Source: Desulfonatronovibrio magnus
Lineage (GTDB): Bacteria; Desulfobacterota; Desulfovibrionia; Desulfovibrionales; Desulfonatronovibrionaceae
Direction: 5' to 3'
Length of the DNA: 24,000 bases
NCBI RefSeq assembly: GCF_000934755.1
Contig: NZ_KN882175.1
Coordinates: 456-24,455, forward strand
Below are positions 23,881-24,000 of this stretch, piece after piece (position 1 is the first letter of the stretch; each line of letters starts with the position of its first letter). The position numbers were made by a program, and so were the translations under genes. Below the pieces are notes generated by a model, which searched no databases, was not told the DNA's origin, and saw only the letters and a list, made by a program, of their open reading frames with translations.

Positions 23881-24000
23881 TAAGTAACTGGAATTGTATT
23901 GCCAATAAAATCAGATACTTACAGTTTTCACATTTTCTCGATTTTTGCTTATGATTGATGCACATTTGCCAGAAAAGTTTCGTCAAAGATGGGAGCTTTG
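23881..24000 (+). repeat. ~305-bp intergenic repeat unit, tandem copy 2 (truncated by the window end)
   Basis: TAAGTAACTGGAAT...TTACAGTTTTCACATTTTCTCGATTTTTGCTTATGATTGATGCACATTTGCCAGAAAAGTTTCGTCAAAGATGGGAGCTTTG aligns with the reverse complement of 16010-16128. It restarts the unit directly after copy 1. Confidence 0.8.

Overview
This is a 24-kb chromosomal window. Gene content and repeat style resemble a sulfate-reducing deltaproteobacterium (Desulfobacterales-like), but that is inference only and cannot be checked here.

Layout:
1. 1-1889 (-): partial hybrid histidine kinase, absent from the ORF track because it has no stop in the window.
2. 2136-3626 (+): membrane-fused spermidine-synthase-like protein, followed directly by a brnT/brnA toxin-antitoxin stub.
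3. 4247-6043 (-): secreted periplasmic-binding-protein/Cache-like fusion.
4. About 6250-11090: a decayed defence island.
   - A DUF4258-like stub.
   - A Fic protein whose catalytic His is Asn.
   - An internally deleted DUF1016/YhcG nuclease.
   - A pair of ~113-bp direct repeats bracketing Fic and the nuclease remnant.
   - A tightly overlapping dcm-vsr-nuclease cassette. The tandem wHTH-like + HNH reading frame is cut by a single in-frame TAA.
   - The cassette ends against a 3' stub of a type I hsdR.
5. 11196-15781 (+): amino-acid uptake and catabolism genes (GltS-like symporter, L-serine dehydratase, HAAAP permease), separated by mosaic GC-rich stem-loop repeats and a 7-bp microsatellite.
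6. 16328-17650 (-): DUF234-type ATPase with a PD-(D/E)xK-like tail.
7. 17976-23362 (-): four-gene operon of lipoprotein SBP, HK, RR and hybrid HK.
8. 23571-24000: tandem copies of a ~305-bp intergenic repeat that also occurs inverted at 15823-16128.

I recognised no rRNA, tRNA, CRISPR array, transposase or integrase. The most unusual locus is the dcm-vsr-(split tandem-module HNH) cassette inside the type I R-M/Fic wreck. I cannot show from sequence alone that it is a new system rather than a decaying R-M.
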